Shown here: piece by piece, positions 50,088-60,372 of the stretch
Numbering within the stretch: position 1 is the stretch's first letter
Layout of the letters: each line of letters begins with the position of its first letter
Assembly: GCA_963766685.1 (NCBI GenBank)
Contig: CAVYBJ010000012.1
Span: 17,500 to 81,499, forward strand
Reading direction: 5' to 3'
Source: an uncultured Chloroflexia bacterium
GTDB taxonomy: Bacteria; Chloroflexota; Limnocylindria; Limnocylindrales; CSP1-4
DNA length: 64,000 bases
Made by a program: the position numbers and the translations under genes
The notes under the pieces: generated by a model
Told to the model about the DNA's origin: nothing
What the model saw: only the letters and a program-made list of their open reading frames with translations
The model's database searches: none

Positions 50088-51253
50088 AGCACGTGAGCAA
50101 GCCCCGGGTCCTGCTGGTCATGTACGAGCTCTCCCGCACCGGGGCACCCATCGTCGCCCTCAGCGCTGTTCACTAGGCTCAAGGGCGACCTCGACATCCG
50201 TGTCGTGTCTCGACTCGGCGGGCCGCTGGAAGCCGTCGTTTCGCGAGGCGTTTCCCCTGACCGTGCTGCGCCCGCCGTGCCGGGCGGGCTCACGATCGGT
50301 CGAGTCAGGGCCGCGGCGTTCCAGGCCTTCAGTGCCGGCTGGCAGCCGGACCTGGTCTACGTCAACACGGTCGCTGCGCTGCCCACGTGGCACCGACTGT
50401 GGGCTGTCCGCCGCCGCGAGGCGCCAGTCGTGCTGCATGTGCACGAGGGCCCCGCGTACCTGGCCGAGGTCGAGCTTGACGTCTCCTGGCTTATCGCCCA
50501 GGAGCCCGATGCGGTACGTCGTCGTCGCGGAGTGGATCGGCGAGTATCTGCAAAGCGAGTTCGGCGTCTCGGCGGACACCGATCACCGTCGTGCGTCCCC
50601 CGGTCGGAGACGAGTTTCTGTCGGAACCGACTCACTCCGTCGAGTGAAGGGAGACGGACGGTCCCATGGTGATCGGGGGTGCTGGCGCCCCGAGCTGGTT
50701 CAAGGGGACCGAACTCTGGCTGCTGACGGCCGCCGAGCTCCGGCGTCGGGATGCCTCGGGAGCGCGGTACCGGTTCCGCTGGGTGGGCGACCGCGGCGAT
50801 GAGGCCAGCCGGCAGATGAGGAGCATCATACCGACAAGCTCCATCTTGAGGACGCGGTCGAGTTCGTCCCTCACACGCCTGACCCCAAGGCCCTGTATCG
50901 GGCCATGGACATCTTCCTGATGTCGTCGTGGGAGGAGTCGGCATCGATCGTGGTCCTGGAGGCCATGGCCCTGGGCAAGCCCGTCGTCTGCTTCAGGGGT
51001 TCGGGCGGTCCGCCCGAGGAAGTGTCCGACGCCGGCGTCGTCGTTGAGGACTTCTCGCCGACTGCGATGGCTGACGCCATCGAGATCCCTTGCCGCTGCA
51101 CCTGATCGACGTGCCAGTCTTGGTGCCGCCGCTCGTGAGCGTGCGCGCGAGCATTTCGCGCCCGATCTCATCGCCGAGCAGTTGCACGGGGTCATCTCGA
51201 GACTCGCTGCGCCGCTCGGGCTAGCCCGAACTTCCAGCGCCGCCGGGCCATGA
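50084..51253 (+). CDS. GT4-family glycosyltransferase, several frameshifts; the 3' end reads into the IS left end
   Basis: ATG 50084 gives MKHVSKPRVLLVMYELSRTGAPIVAL | PDLVYVNTVAALP...VLHVHE | FRWVGD | YRAMDIFLMSSWEESASIVVLEAMALGKPVVCFRGSGGPPEEV | ...REHFAPDLIAEQLHGVISRLAAPLG, then IS-derived codons to TGA 51253. Confidence 0.7.
51214..51241. repeat. IS terminal inverted repeat (left in window coordinates)
   Basis: GCTCGGGCTAGCCCGAACTTCCAGCGCC. Confidence 0.85.
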
Positions 51254-51291
51254 TCGACGCGGATCGCCCGGGATGGATCGTCTCGCTCTGG

Positions 51292-53006
51292 CTACTCGGC
51301 CGGTGGCAGGACGCTCGCGAGCTGCAGGGCCCGTGCCTGGAGCGGCGTGGCCTCGGCGAGGAGCTCGAAGGCCGCCCGCTCGTCGCTCCCCGCGAGCGAC
51401 ACCCGGTTGCGGGTGAGGGTGCCCAAGTCAGCCAGCAGCGTGCGGAAGCTGTGGACCGGCAGGGCCTCGGGGGTGCGGTGGAGACGGTCCTTGGCAGAGG
51501 CCCCCGCGGAGCGTTCGGGTGGCGCCACCGCCGATGCCCGCGCCGGCGGTGCCTCGTCTCGGAAGAGCAAGGGTGCCCAGGCCCGCTCGAGGTGCCAGCG
51601 CACATACGCGGCGAGCAGGCACAGGAAGAGGTGGCCACGCACGCGGCTCTCGAGGTAGTGGTGGATGGGCCGGATCTCGAGGGCGCTCCTTCATGGTCCG
51701 GAAGTCGCGCTCCACGCTCGCGAGGCGCTTGTAGGCGAGGACCACGCCCGGTGCGTCGAGGAGCACCGGGCGTGCACGGTCGTGCGGATGACGTAGAGAC
51801 CGTCGAGGGCGGCCTCGGCGGCGATGCGCTCGCTGCGTCGCGCGTAGCGGAAGGCACCCTCGCCGATGACGAGCTCGAAGTGCTTGGCCACCTTGTGGCG
51901 GTCCTTGATCCGCCCCACGCGGACGCCGATGGCGGCGGCGGCGCGCAGCGAGCCCCGGGCGGCCGCCGCCGGCCATGCCCGCCAGGTCGGCCTCGGTGGC
52001 GGCCAGCAGCTCCTCGCGCTTGCGCGCCCGGGAGGCGGCCAGGACGGGGTTGCGGCAGACCACGAGGCGCTCGCCCGGGAAGCTCGGGCAGGTGATCTCG
52101 GCGAGGTCGCGCTCGTCGAAGAGCGAGAGCTGCAGCGTGCCCGCGCGGCCAGGAGGCTGCGGATGGGCGGTGCCCGCAGGGCGCTCACAAGGCCATGCCG
52201 GCCATCGTGCGCAGTCGCGCGTGCGCGCCGATGTGAGCATGCCGCGGTCACCCACGAGGACGAGCGCCTCGAGTGCCGAAGCGGTCGCGCAGCGCCGCCA
52301 GCTGGGGCTCCAGGGTGGGCGGGTCGGCGACGTTGCCCTGGAAGGCCCGGTGGCCACCGGGCAGCCCTCGGCATCGGTCAGGCAGGCCGAACTGGGCCTC
52401 GGCCCGACGGCCGGTGGTCGCGGGAGTAGCCGTGCGCCGCCAGTGGGCAGCAGCGGCCCTCGATCCAGGTGGACGTGAGGTCGAGCAGGGCCAGGCCGCC
52501 GGCAGAGGTGGCGGCGCGCGAGGGAGCGCTCGATGCCCGCCTGGCGGGCCAGCAGCCAGTCGAGCGCGCCAAAGAGCTCGGCCTCGGTGGCGGCCTCCAG
52601 GTCGAGCTCCGCGGCGAGCATCGTGGCAGAGAGGCCCCGTGCCGTGGCCAGCTTCGAGGGCGGGCGCCAGGAGGCGCGGCACGATGATCGCCACCGCGAG
52701 GTCGCGCATCCGTGACGAGCGCCCGTCGATCGCCCGCTCGAGGCCCTGGGCCCGGAGCATGCCGAGCACCGCCGCCACATGGCCGTGGGGCAGGCTGCGC
52801 AGGATGCGCAGGCCGCCATCCGCTGCGGGCACCAGCGTCTCGCCGCGCAGCGCTCGGTCCAGGGCCTCGATGGCCGTGGCTGGCAGGGCGGTCAGCGAGG
52901 CGAGCGTGCGGTGCTTGACCTTGCCACCTTCACGGAACGACTGGCGCAGCAGCACCGAGGTGTACTCCCGTCCCCCGTGCACGGACCGCATGCTGGCCAC
53001 GTGCAT
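51292..53006 (-). CDS. DDE transposase (IS1634-like), at least 5 frameshifts
   Basis: N-terminus MHVASMRSVHGGREYTSVLLRQSFREGGKVKHRTLASLTALP. Middle LSLFDERDLAEITCPSFPGERLVVCRNPVLAASRARKREELLAATE | VGRIKDRHKVAKHFELVIGEGAFRYARRSERIAAEAALDGLYVIRT | VLAYKRLASVERDFRTMK. C-terminus GHLFLCLLAAYVRWHLERAWAPLLFRDE...PVHSFRTLLADLGTLTRN. About 571 codons in total. Confidence 0.7.
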
Positions 53007-53149
53007 CGCCCCACTCGCTCGTCAATTCACCCATAGATCATCCCATGCGACGGCCGGATATCAAGCGCTATTCTGGCTACATCTGAGAGCTCGACAGGGC
53101 ATCAGACAGCCGTATCCGTGCACGAGCAGGAACCGATCGAGCGCTGGAT

Positions 53150-53177
53150 GGCGCTGGAAGTTCGGGCTAGCTCGAGC
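53150..53177. repeat. IS terminal inverted repeat (right in window coordinates)
   Basis: GGCGCTGGAAGTTCGGGCTAGCTCGAGC, the reverse complement of the left repeat with one mismatch. Confidence 0.85.
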
Positions 53178-53989
53178 GCGGGTCCTGCGCGCGACCACGC
53201 AGGCGCCGATAGGCGCGAACCAACCGCACCTCGCGCTTCGAACCCAGGTAGCGCCGCATCACCAGGCGCACGTGCGAGCGGATGAGGCGCGGCACTTGCC
53301 ACCAGCGCTTGTCGGTGATGCCGTGCTTGAACTGGGCACGATGGTTCTCGATGAGGAGGAGCGCCTCGTGGCGGGATCGTCACTGACTCCCCGGCCCGCA
53401 TCTCCACGACCACCAAGTCCGGCACGAACTGCGGGGGCCGAGAGGGTAGCTCCCTGAGCAGCAATTCGAAGTCACCGCTGATGCGGTAGGACGTGTCAAA
53501 CCGACCGACGTCCTCGAAGAGCTCCCGCCGATGGAAGGTGCCTTGGTGCCCGAAAGGCATCCCCACCGAGACAAGCCCTTGGAGGTCAGCCCACGGGGCG
53601 CCGACTCTGCGGACCAGCCGACCGGAGGAGTCGACCACGTCGACTGAGCCATAGGCGATGCGGACTTGCCCGTCGATAGCCCCCAGCGCCGCGGAGGCGC
53701 GTTCGAGCACATCTGGCGCCGCCAGTCGATCGTCGGCCCCGAGGAACAAGACCCAGTCTCCGGTGACGTGGTCGAGCGCCTTGTTCCATGCGTCGTAGAT
53801 CCCTTGTCGGGCTCTGAGCGCCAGTAGCCGATACGGTCCTGGTTTCGCTCGATGATCGACTCGTCGTCCCGTCCCTGAGCCGCCATCCATGACCACGACC
53901 TGGATCCGTTGGTAGTCCTGGCTCCAGATGCTGTCCAAGCACCGCTGGAGGGAGTCCGCTGCGTTGTACGTCGCGATCACGATCGACAA
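53167..53989 (-). CDS. GT2-family glycosyltransferase, at least 3 frameshifts; its stop codon lies inside the IS right repeat
   Basis: LSIVIATYNAADSLQRCLDSIWSQDYQRIQVVVMDGGS|RDGTT|...GIYDAWNKALDHVTGDWVLFLGADD...FGHQGTFHRRELFEDVGRFDTSYRISGDFELLLR, with the tail HEALLLIENHRAQFKHGITDKRWWQVPRLIRSHVRLVMRRYLGSKREVRLVRAYRRLRGRAQDPRSS* (TAG 53167-53169). TTG 53989 is the nearest start. The track ORF extends to ATG 54160, which collides with the divergent gene's ATG. Confidence 0.7.
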
Positions 53990-54158
53990 CGCGGGTGGTC
54001 TCGACTGTCGGGTCAGCCGACTGCGCCATCGTCCACCCTGTTGATCGAGTCGCGGCTGACCTCGCCTGGCACCGGCCGAGCATACCGAAACGCAGCCTGA
54101 CCTGGCCGAGGAGCCCTGCGTGCAGTACGGTGTCTCGCGTCCGCTAGCGAGGTACAGC

Positions 54159-54914
54159 ATGCGAAGGTTGGCCGCCGGACTCGCGAAGGCCGGCTATCGA
54201 GCGGCGATCGGACGTGGTGTCAAGGTTCGACGCCAGGTTCATCGATGACGACGTCCCCCGTGCGCGGCTCGTCGCGTCATTCGCGATGGATCGATCATCT
54301 CGTGGCCATCGCGGACAAGCCAGGGTTCCGCGTGCTGGAGGTCGGGAGTCGCGAGGTGACCGGCGGCACCGGCCCGTCGCCGGGACGCGTTCCATCAGGC
54401 GGAGTACATGGGCTTCGACTACTACCCAGGTGCCAACGTGGACGTCGTCGGTGACGCGCATCGGCTCCTCGACTACTTCGATCCCGAGGAACCGTTCGAC
54501 CTGATCTTCTCGGCGGCCGTGTTCGAACACCTCGCCATGCCCTGGATCGTGGCGGAGCAGATCGCCCGCCTGCTCAAGGTCGGCGGGCACGTGTTCATCG
54601 AGACGCACTTCAGCTACTCGTCCCATGAGCGCCCATGGCACTTCTTCCAGTTCAGTGACATGGCGCTCCGCGTCCTCTTCTCGCCGGCGCTCGGATTCGA
54701 GTGCGTCGAATCCGGCGTCTCCAACCCCCTGATAGGGCGCTTCTCTTCTCTCGCTGACGGATACCTTCGGAACCAGCGGGTTAGCGGCATCTACTGCCAT
54801 ACCGAGTACCTGGGGCGGAAGACGCACGGGGTGCCGAACTTCAGGTGGGACGACGTGCCACTGAACGTGGTCGTCGGCGGTACGGCATACCCGCCTCCGC
54901 GAACGCAAGGCTAG
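54159..54914 (+). CDS. Class I SAM-dependent methyltransferase, about 3 frameshifts near the 5' end
   Basis: MRRLAAGLAKAGYRAAIGRGVKV | SRFDARFIDDDVPRARLVASF | WIDHLVAIADKPGFRVLEVGSREVTGG | EYMGFDYYPGANVDVVGDAHRL...FDLIFSAAVFEHLAMPWIVAEQIARLLKVGGHVFIETH. Confidence 0.7.
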
Positions 54915-55084
54915 TCGTCCGCCGGCCACATCGGCAGGCCGGAGTCGACTGCCCCATGGCGGCATCGAGCCCGGTGCCGTCGAATAACCCGACGCTCAGC
55001 CACCTGGTAACGCCTGAGTACCTGGCAACGGTCCCCGATGGTCGTGGTGCGGTGGAGCACCGGCCGGAGGCACAATCGGGGCGC

Positions 55085-55953
55085 ATGGGCACACGTATCT
55101 CCGAGACACGCGCCGAAGCCAGCCCTCGCCGAACCATCATCCAGCCCGGTTCGCGCTGGATGGCCTTCGACCTGCGCGAGATCTGGCGCAACCGCGAGCT
55201 GCTCTACTTCTTCGTCTGGCGCGACCTGAAGGTCCGCTACAAGCAGACGGCCTTCGGTGCGCTCTGGGCGCTCATCCAGCCGCTCGCCTGATGCTCGTCT
55301 TCACGCCTGTTCTTCGGGCAACGTCGAGGGCATCGCGCCGCCGAGGGCGTGCCCTACTCGCTCTTCACGCTCGTCGGCCCTGGTGCCCTGGACGCTCTTC
55401 TCGCAGAGCCTCATCGGCTCGTCGGACAGCCTGGTGCGGGCCGCCAACATCCTCCAGAAGGTCTACTTCCCGCGAGTCCTGCTGCCGGTCGCGGCGGTCG
55501 GCTCGTACATCGTCGATTTCGTCATCGGCATGGTCATGCTGCTCGCGCTCATGGTCCTCATGGGCGTCGCTGCCCACGCTGGCATCCCTCTGGGTCGCTG
55601 CCACTGACGCGTGCTCGCCGTGCTGGCCTCGCTCGGCCTTCGGCATCTGGCTGTCGGCCGTCAACGTGCGCTACCGCGACGTCCGGTACGCGTGCCGTTC
55701 CTCGTGCAGGTCTGGCTCTTCGCGTCGCCCGTGGCGTACTCGGCGGCGCTCGTGCCCGACGAGCTGCGGGTGCTCTACCCTCAACCCGATGGCCGGTGTC
55801 ATCGAGGGCTTCCGCTGGGCCCTGCTCGAGCCGTCGGCCACCGCCGCCGCTCGGCGCCGATCGCGCTCTCGGTCGTCGTCACGGCCGTCGTGCTCGCCAG
55901 CGGGCCTGCTCTACTTCCGCCGCGTCGAGCGCACGTTCGCGGACGTCATCTGA
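55085..55953 (+). CDS. wzm: ABC-2-type polysaccharide export permease (Wzm), about 4 frameshifts
   Basis: TIIQPGSRWMAFDLREIWRNRELLYFFVWRDLKVRYKQTAFGALWALIQPL | LVPWTLFSQSLIGSSDSLVRAANILQKVYFPRVLLPVAAVGSYIVDFVIGMVMLL | GIWLSAVNVRYRDVRYA | VPFLVQVWLFASPVAYS | LNPMAGVIEGFRWALL | LLYFRRVERTFADVI*. Alternative start at ATG 54956. Confidence 0.8.
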
Positions 55954-55956
55954 CTG

Positions 55957-57215
55957 ATGCGCGACGTCGCCGTCTCGGTCCGAGGGCTGGGCAAGCGGTA
56001 CCGCATCGTGCACCAGCAGGCTCGCTACGGCCGCCTCACCGAGTCGCTCGCCGGACTGGTCCGCGCACCCTTCGACCGGCTCCGCGGGCAAGCCGCAGGA
56101 GAAGACGCCGAGTGGTTCTGGGCGCTGCGGGACGTCAGCTTCGAGTCCGAGCGGGGCGAGGTCATCGGCATCATCGGCCGCAACGGCGCCGGCAAGTCCA
56201 CCCTCCTCAAGATCCTCTCGCGCGTCACCGAGCCGACCGACGGGACGCGCAGAGCTGGTCGGTCGGGTCGGCTCGCTGCTCGAGGTCGGGACGGGCTTCC
56301 ACCCGGAGCTGACCGGGCGCGAGAACATCTACCTGGCGGCATCCATCCTGGGCATGCGCAGCGAGGAGATCGACCGGCGGTTCGACGAGATCGTGGACTT
56401 CGCCGAGCATCGAGCGGTTCCTGGACACGCCCGTCAAGCGCTACTCGAGCGGCATGAGCGTGCGGCTCGGGTTCGCCGTCGCCGCGCACCTGGAGCCGGA
56501 GATCCTCATCGTCGACGAGGTGCTCGCCGTCGGTGACGCGGCGTTCCAGAAGAAGTGCCTCGCCAAGATGGGTGACGTCTCAGACGAGGGTCGCACGATC
56601 ACTGTTCGTCAGCCACAACATGCCCGCGGCCGAGGCACTCTGCAGCCAGGCGGTCACGCTTGACCACGGACAGGTCGTCGATAACGGGCCCGCGAGGGAG
56701 GTAGTCCGTCGCTACCTCGAATTCGATGCGAACAAGAGCGGCCGTTGATGTAAGGACACGCACGGACCGCAAGGGAGACGGGCGAATGCGTTTCCGTTCG
56801 ATTTCCTCAAATCTTCCGCACCGGTGCCAATTCTGAGGTTCGCCTTGCCTATACGGCAAACCTTGACCGTGGTGTTGCGACGGTGTCGTTCGCCTTGTTC
56901 GACTACCTCGGGGCCGGGGTTGCGTATTTCGCCAGTCAAGTCACTGGGGAGGACTTGCCCGTGACCCGCGGAGACGGCACGCTCGTTTGTCGCATTCCTC
57001 GACTGCCGGTGCTGCCAGGCCGGTACTCCGTGAACATCTACGGCGAGGTCAACGGGGTCCTTTCAGACTGGGTAACTGATGCGGCGGAGGTCGAGGTGGG
57101 CGAGGGGGACTACTTTGGGACCGGCAAGTTGCCTTCCCTGGACTACGGGCGTGTGGCAGTTCAGCAGACTGGCGCGCCGAGGATGCGTACGAGTGACCAT
57201 GGCCAGGTGGATTAG
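55957..57215 (+). CDS. wzt: Polysaccharide export ABC ATPase (Wzt) with a C-terminal glycan-binding (Wzt_C-like) domain, several frameshifts
   Basis: Walker [15 protein letters not shown] | [20 protein letters not shown] | [32 protein letters not shown] | [26 protein letters not shown]. After a lower-GC shifted stretch (56.75-56.88 kb) comes [25 protein letters not shown]...[18 protein letters not shown]...[14 protein letters not shown]. Confidence 0.75.
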
Positions 57216-58097
57216 CCGCTTACGGGTGCGTTCGCTCGCCATCGGAGCACGCCTGCTGCATTACGGTCGAACGCAATGGGGCAGTGCACTCGTTGGAATA
57301 CTGCGCCATACATACGGGAATCAACCCATCCCGCTTCGCTCTGTGCTGCTGGCCCGTCGACTCGCGTTTGGCTCCGATCCGTTGTGTCCGACGGTGACGC
57401 CGGAGCGTGGCGTTGCGACGAGTGACCCCATCATCCGGAGCCTGTTCGGTGATGCCGAGTCGCGGCGTATGGTCGCTCGGTTCCCGTACGCTTGCCTTGC
57501 TGGAACACCGCATAGCCGTTCGCCGACCACAATGCATACTCGAGTTTGGATTGGCGTGAGCACTGTGGTGCTTGCGCACGCGATGAACCAAGTGCACGAC
57601 AAGCCCCACCGGATCCTGCTGGTATCGCTCGATCAGGTCCATGGCAGGCGGGTCGCACGCGAGCGATGCTGGCGGAGGCGGGACTGGCTGATGTCGTCAG
57701 GGTTCTGTACGCCCCGCTGGTTGCCCAATCAAGCCGACGTGGAATGAGAAGCGCCTATGGCGTTGCCGCTGAGTCGTTGCGAGAGCTCGGCTCATTGGGC
57801 TTCGATCTGGTAGTCATCGACGGTCCGTCTGCCGAGCCAGGGGCACGCGTGACGACTCTCGACAACGTCCGTGCGCTGCTCCAGCCTGGAACCGAGGTCC
57901 TCATGGATGACGCCTTGCGCGACGGCGAAATCTGGACGGCCAGGCATTGGGCATCGGACCCGTGGCTGGACGTGCGCGGAGTGCGGCTGGTCGACAAGGG
58001 TCTCCTTGAGATAAGGGTCGTTAGCACCGCGAACCGCGCGCGCTCCGAAGGTGCGCCATGCGTGTCGCGGAAGGGAGACGCGAGGTCGGGTAGGTGA
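57199..58097 (+). CDS. Class I SAM-dependent methyltransferase (Methyltransf_24-like), about 2-3 frameshifts
   Basis: The C-terminal half in ORF 57546..58097 reads MLAEAGLADVVRVLYAPL...FDLVVIDGPSAEPGARVTTLDNVRALLQPGTEVLMDDALRDGEIWTARHW. The upstream part is in ORF 57079..57747 (VSTVVLAHAMNQVHDKPHRILLVSLDQ). Confidence 0.55.
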
Positions 58098-58631
58098 ATG
58101 ATGATCCCTGCCTCCATCAAGTGCGCTGGTGGAAAGGCACGCAATCCTCATCTTGCGGCTCGAGACATGCAACGCGACCTGCAGCCCGACGCCGTGGTTT
58201 GGACCGGGGATGAGAAAGACACGCCAAACCTCAGTCGCGTTGTGCTTGCCAAACTGGCGCTGCAGAACACACCCATCCACTCGCCGCGAGTCATCGACTT
58301 CCGGCACCAGAACCGTCCTCCCCAAGCACCCGACGATCAACGACCCGTCCAGGGCGCATGGGTGGGTGGACTGGTCGATTGGCACCCGCGATCTCCCCCT
58401 GCGAGATGGTCACATGCGGGCCATGTGGCTGCTGCCCATCCCTCTCATGAACCGGCTCTATGCGACCGCTCAGACCGACTCCTGCTTCGCAGCGCGCTTC
58501 GCGGTGACGTCACACAGGACCCTTGCTCTCGTGCGGCTCGTGATGGTGGCGCCCACATCTGGCGCATGGCGACGGGCCCCTGCTACCGTGGGGAACCGAC
58601 CGCGGGCTCAACTGCCAGTTGGTTTCCCGCC

Positions 58632-59527
58632 ATGAGGACGATTACACGTTCGGTCGAGACTCAAAGCCAGTTGCTCGTCAGCGTCGTCATCCCCGTCCAC
58701 AACCGCGAACACCTCGTAGAGGGCGCCGTCCGCAGCGTACTCGATCAGACATACCCTCAACCTTGAGGTCATCGTCGTGGACGACGTTCCACTGACGGAA
58801 CCGCTGGCGTGCTGAAGGCCGTGGCTCAGCAGGACTCTCACGGGTGTCGATCGTCACGCACTCGACCAGTCGCGGTGCCCAAGCGTCACGGAACAGCGGC
58901 ATCCTCGCGAGTTCCGGTACGTGGGTGACCTTTCTGGACTCCGACGATCGCTACCTGCCGGACAGCATCATGCTGCGCATGGAGGAGGCCGAGCGACGGT
59001 CCGTCGCGGTGGTGCACGGTGAGGCCCGCCGCGTAGCTGCCACCGGGATCGACCCCCTATACGGCGTACCGCGGCTGGAAGGCAACGTCCGGCGCGATCT
59101 CCTTGCGGCGTCCTGGCCCCTCTTCCCAGCGCTTCTTGTTCGACGGGATGTGCTCGTCATGATCGGTTACCTCGACGAGTCGATCATCGCGTGGCAGGAA
59201 TGGGACACTGCGCTACGGCTCAGCCGGGTGGCGAGCTTCGGCTTCGTCCCGGTGGCCACGTTCGACTACGACGAACGACACCGGTCGCAATCTCGCGGGA
59301 TGCGGGTCGTACCGCCCGCGGCTACGGACAGATCGTCCGCAAGCATCGACGGGAAATCCTGCGAGAACTTGGGCCTCGCGGGCTCGCGGACACTACCGCA
59401 CCATGGCTCGTCTGGAATCGGCCGCCGGTCATCGACGCCGGACCCTCCGCTTCCGCCTCGTATCTTGGTGACTCTGGCCCCCGAACGGCGCCCGGGCGCT
59501 TCGACGCCGGCACCGCGACCTCGCTGA
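58632..59527 (+). CDS. GT2-family glycosyltransferase, about 3 frameshifts; 3' end approximate
   Basis: ATG 58632 gives MRTITRSVETQSQLLVSVVIPVHNREHLVEGAVRSVLDQTYPQ | LEVIVVDD | SRGAQASRNSGILASSGTWVTFLDSDDRYLPD...LVRRDVLVMIGYLDESIIAWQEWDTALRL | RGYGQIVRKHRREIL. Confidence 0.75.
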
Positions 59528-59551
59528 GCGGGCCGGACGCCCGGTTACGGC

Positions 59552-60321
59552 TCAGCCCTCCGCAGTCACAAGCACGCTCCAAGCCTCCCCGGACAGCGGT
59601 GCGTGGTGTTCGGGAAGGGCACGAGGTCCCGCCAAGGTAAGCCCGGCGACATCGAGGCGACCAGCCAGCTCGTCTGGGAAGAAGTAGCGCATCCGGTGGA
59701 CCTCGTCGCGAGCGTCTCGTCGGGTGTCCTCGCCGACGCCGGACCAGACGGTACGACACCGTGCATAGGTGAGCGTCCGGGCTCGAGCCTGCCGAGGCCT
59801 GTCGCTCCAGCTCGCCGTCCGCGGTCGGAATGACCTTGACGCGCGCCTCCGGCCCGGTCGCCTCAACCGCCGGTCCGTACCAGACGTCGAAGACGAAGGT
59901 CCGCCCGGAGCCAGATGCTGCCGCGACGGTCCGCAGAGTGGCCGCGACATCGGCGTCGGTCGTCTGGTAGCCGAGCACGGCGAACATGCAGATCACCGCG
60001 TCGAACGTGCGGGCGAGGTCGGACCGAGCGCACATCGCCGCGGACGAAGCTGACGTCGGCCGCGGCACCGACGCCGCTCGGCCCGCTCGGCGAAGCGCAG
60101 CATGTCCTCGGAGACGTCCACGCCGACGACCTCGTAGCCCCGCTGGGCGAGGCGGACCGCGTGCGCCCCGGTGCCGCAGCCGAGGTCGAGGACCGTGCGC
60201 ACCGGCCGCCCAGATTCCGTGAAGATGCCGCTCGAGGAGGTCGCACTCGGCGTCGTAGTCCTTGTCTGCATAGAGCAGGTCGTAGGCGTCCGCGTACTGC
60301 TGCCCGAACGACGTCCGTCAT
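59552..60321 (-). CDS. Class I SAM-dependent methyltransferase, about 4 frameshifts
   Basis: FGQQYADAYDLLYADKDYDAECDLLE | IFTESGRPVRTVLDLGCGTGAHAVRLAQRGYEVVGVDVSEDMLRFAE | FDAVICMFAVLGYQTTDADVAATLRTVAAASGSGRTFVFDVWYGPAV | EVHRMRYFFPDELAGRLDVAGLTL...EAWSVLVTAEG*. Confidence 0.75.
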
Positions 60322-60372
60322 GCGAGCGCCGCCTCCGTCGCCGCGAGGACACGTGTCGATCTGCGTCGTCGG

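Larger units (their letters stand above)
51214..53177 (-). mobile_element. Insertion sequence (~1.96 kb), IS4-superfamily / IS1634-like, with 28-bp terminal inverted repeats
   Basis: GCTCGGGCTAGCCCGAACTTCCAGCGCC at 51214-51241 matches the reverse complement of 53150-53177 at 27/28 positions. These repeats bracket a single DDE-transposase reading frame set. If the ends are at 51219/53170 the flanks are a CTCG direct repeat. Confidence 0.8.

Noticed and set aside
51292-53006. Programmed ribosomal frameshifting in the IS transposase
   Set aside because: There are at least five frame switches rather than one. I saw no A-rich slippery heptamer at the junctions, and this transposase type is normally a single ORF. 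The pattern matches the window-wide indel problem.
54158-54161. Back-to-back overlapping divergent ATG start codons (GCATGC) for the GT2 (-) and the methyltransferase (+)
   Set aside because: The N-terminal methyltransferase sequence from ATG 54159 looks family-like. The GT2 conserved core begins ~170 bp further in, with a TTG at 53989. The GT2 ATG is therefore probably just the longest-ORF artefact.
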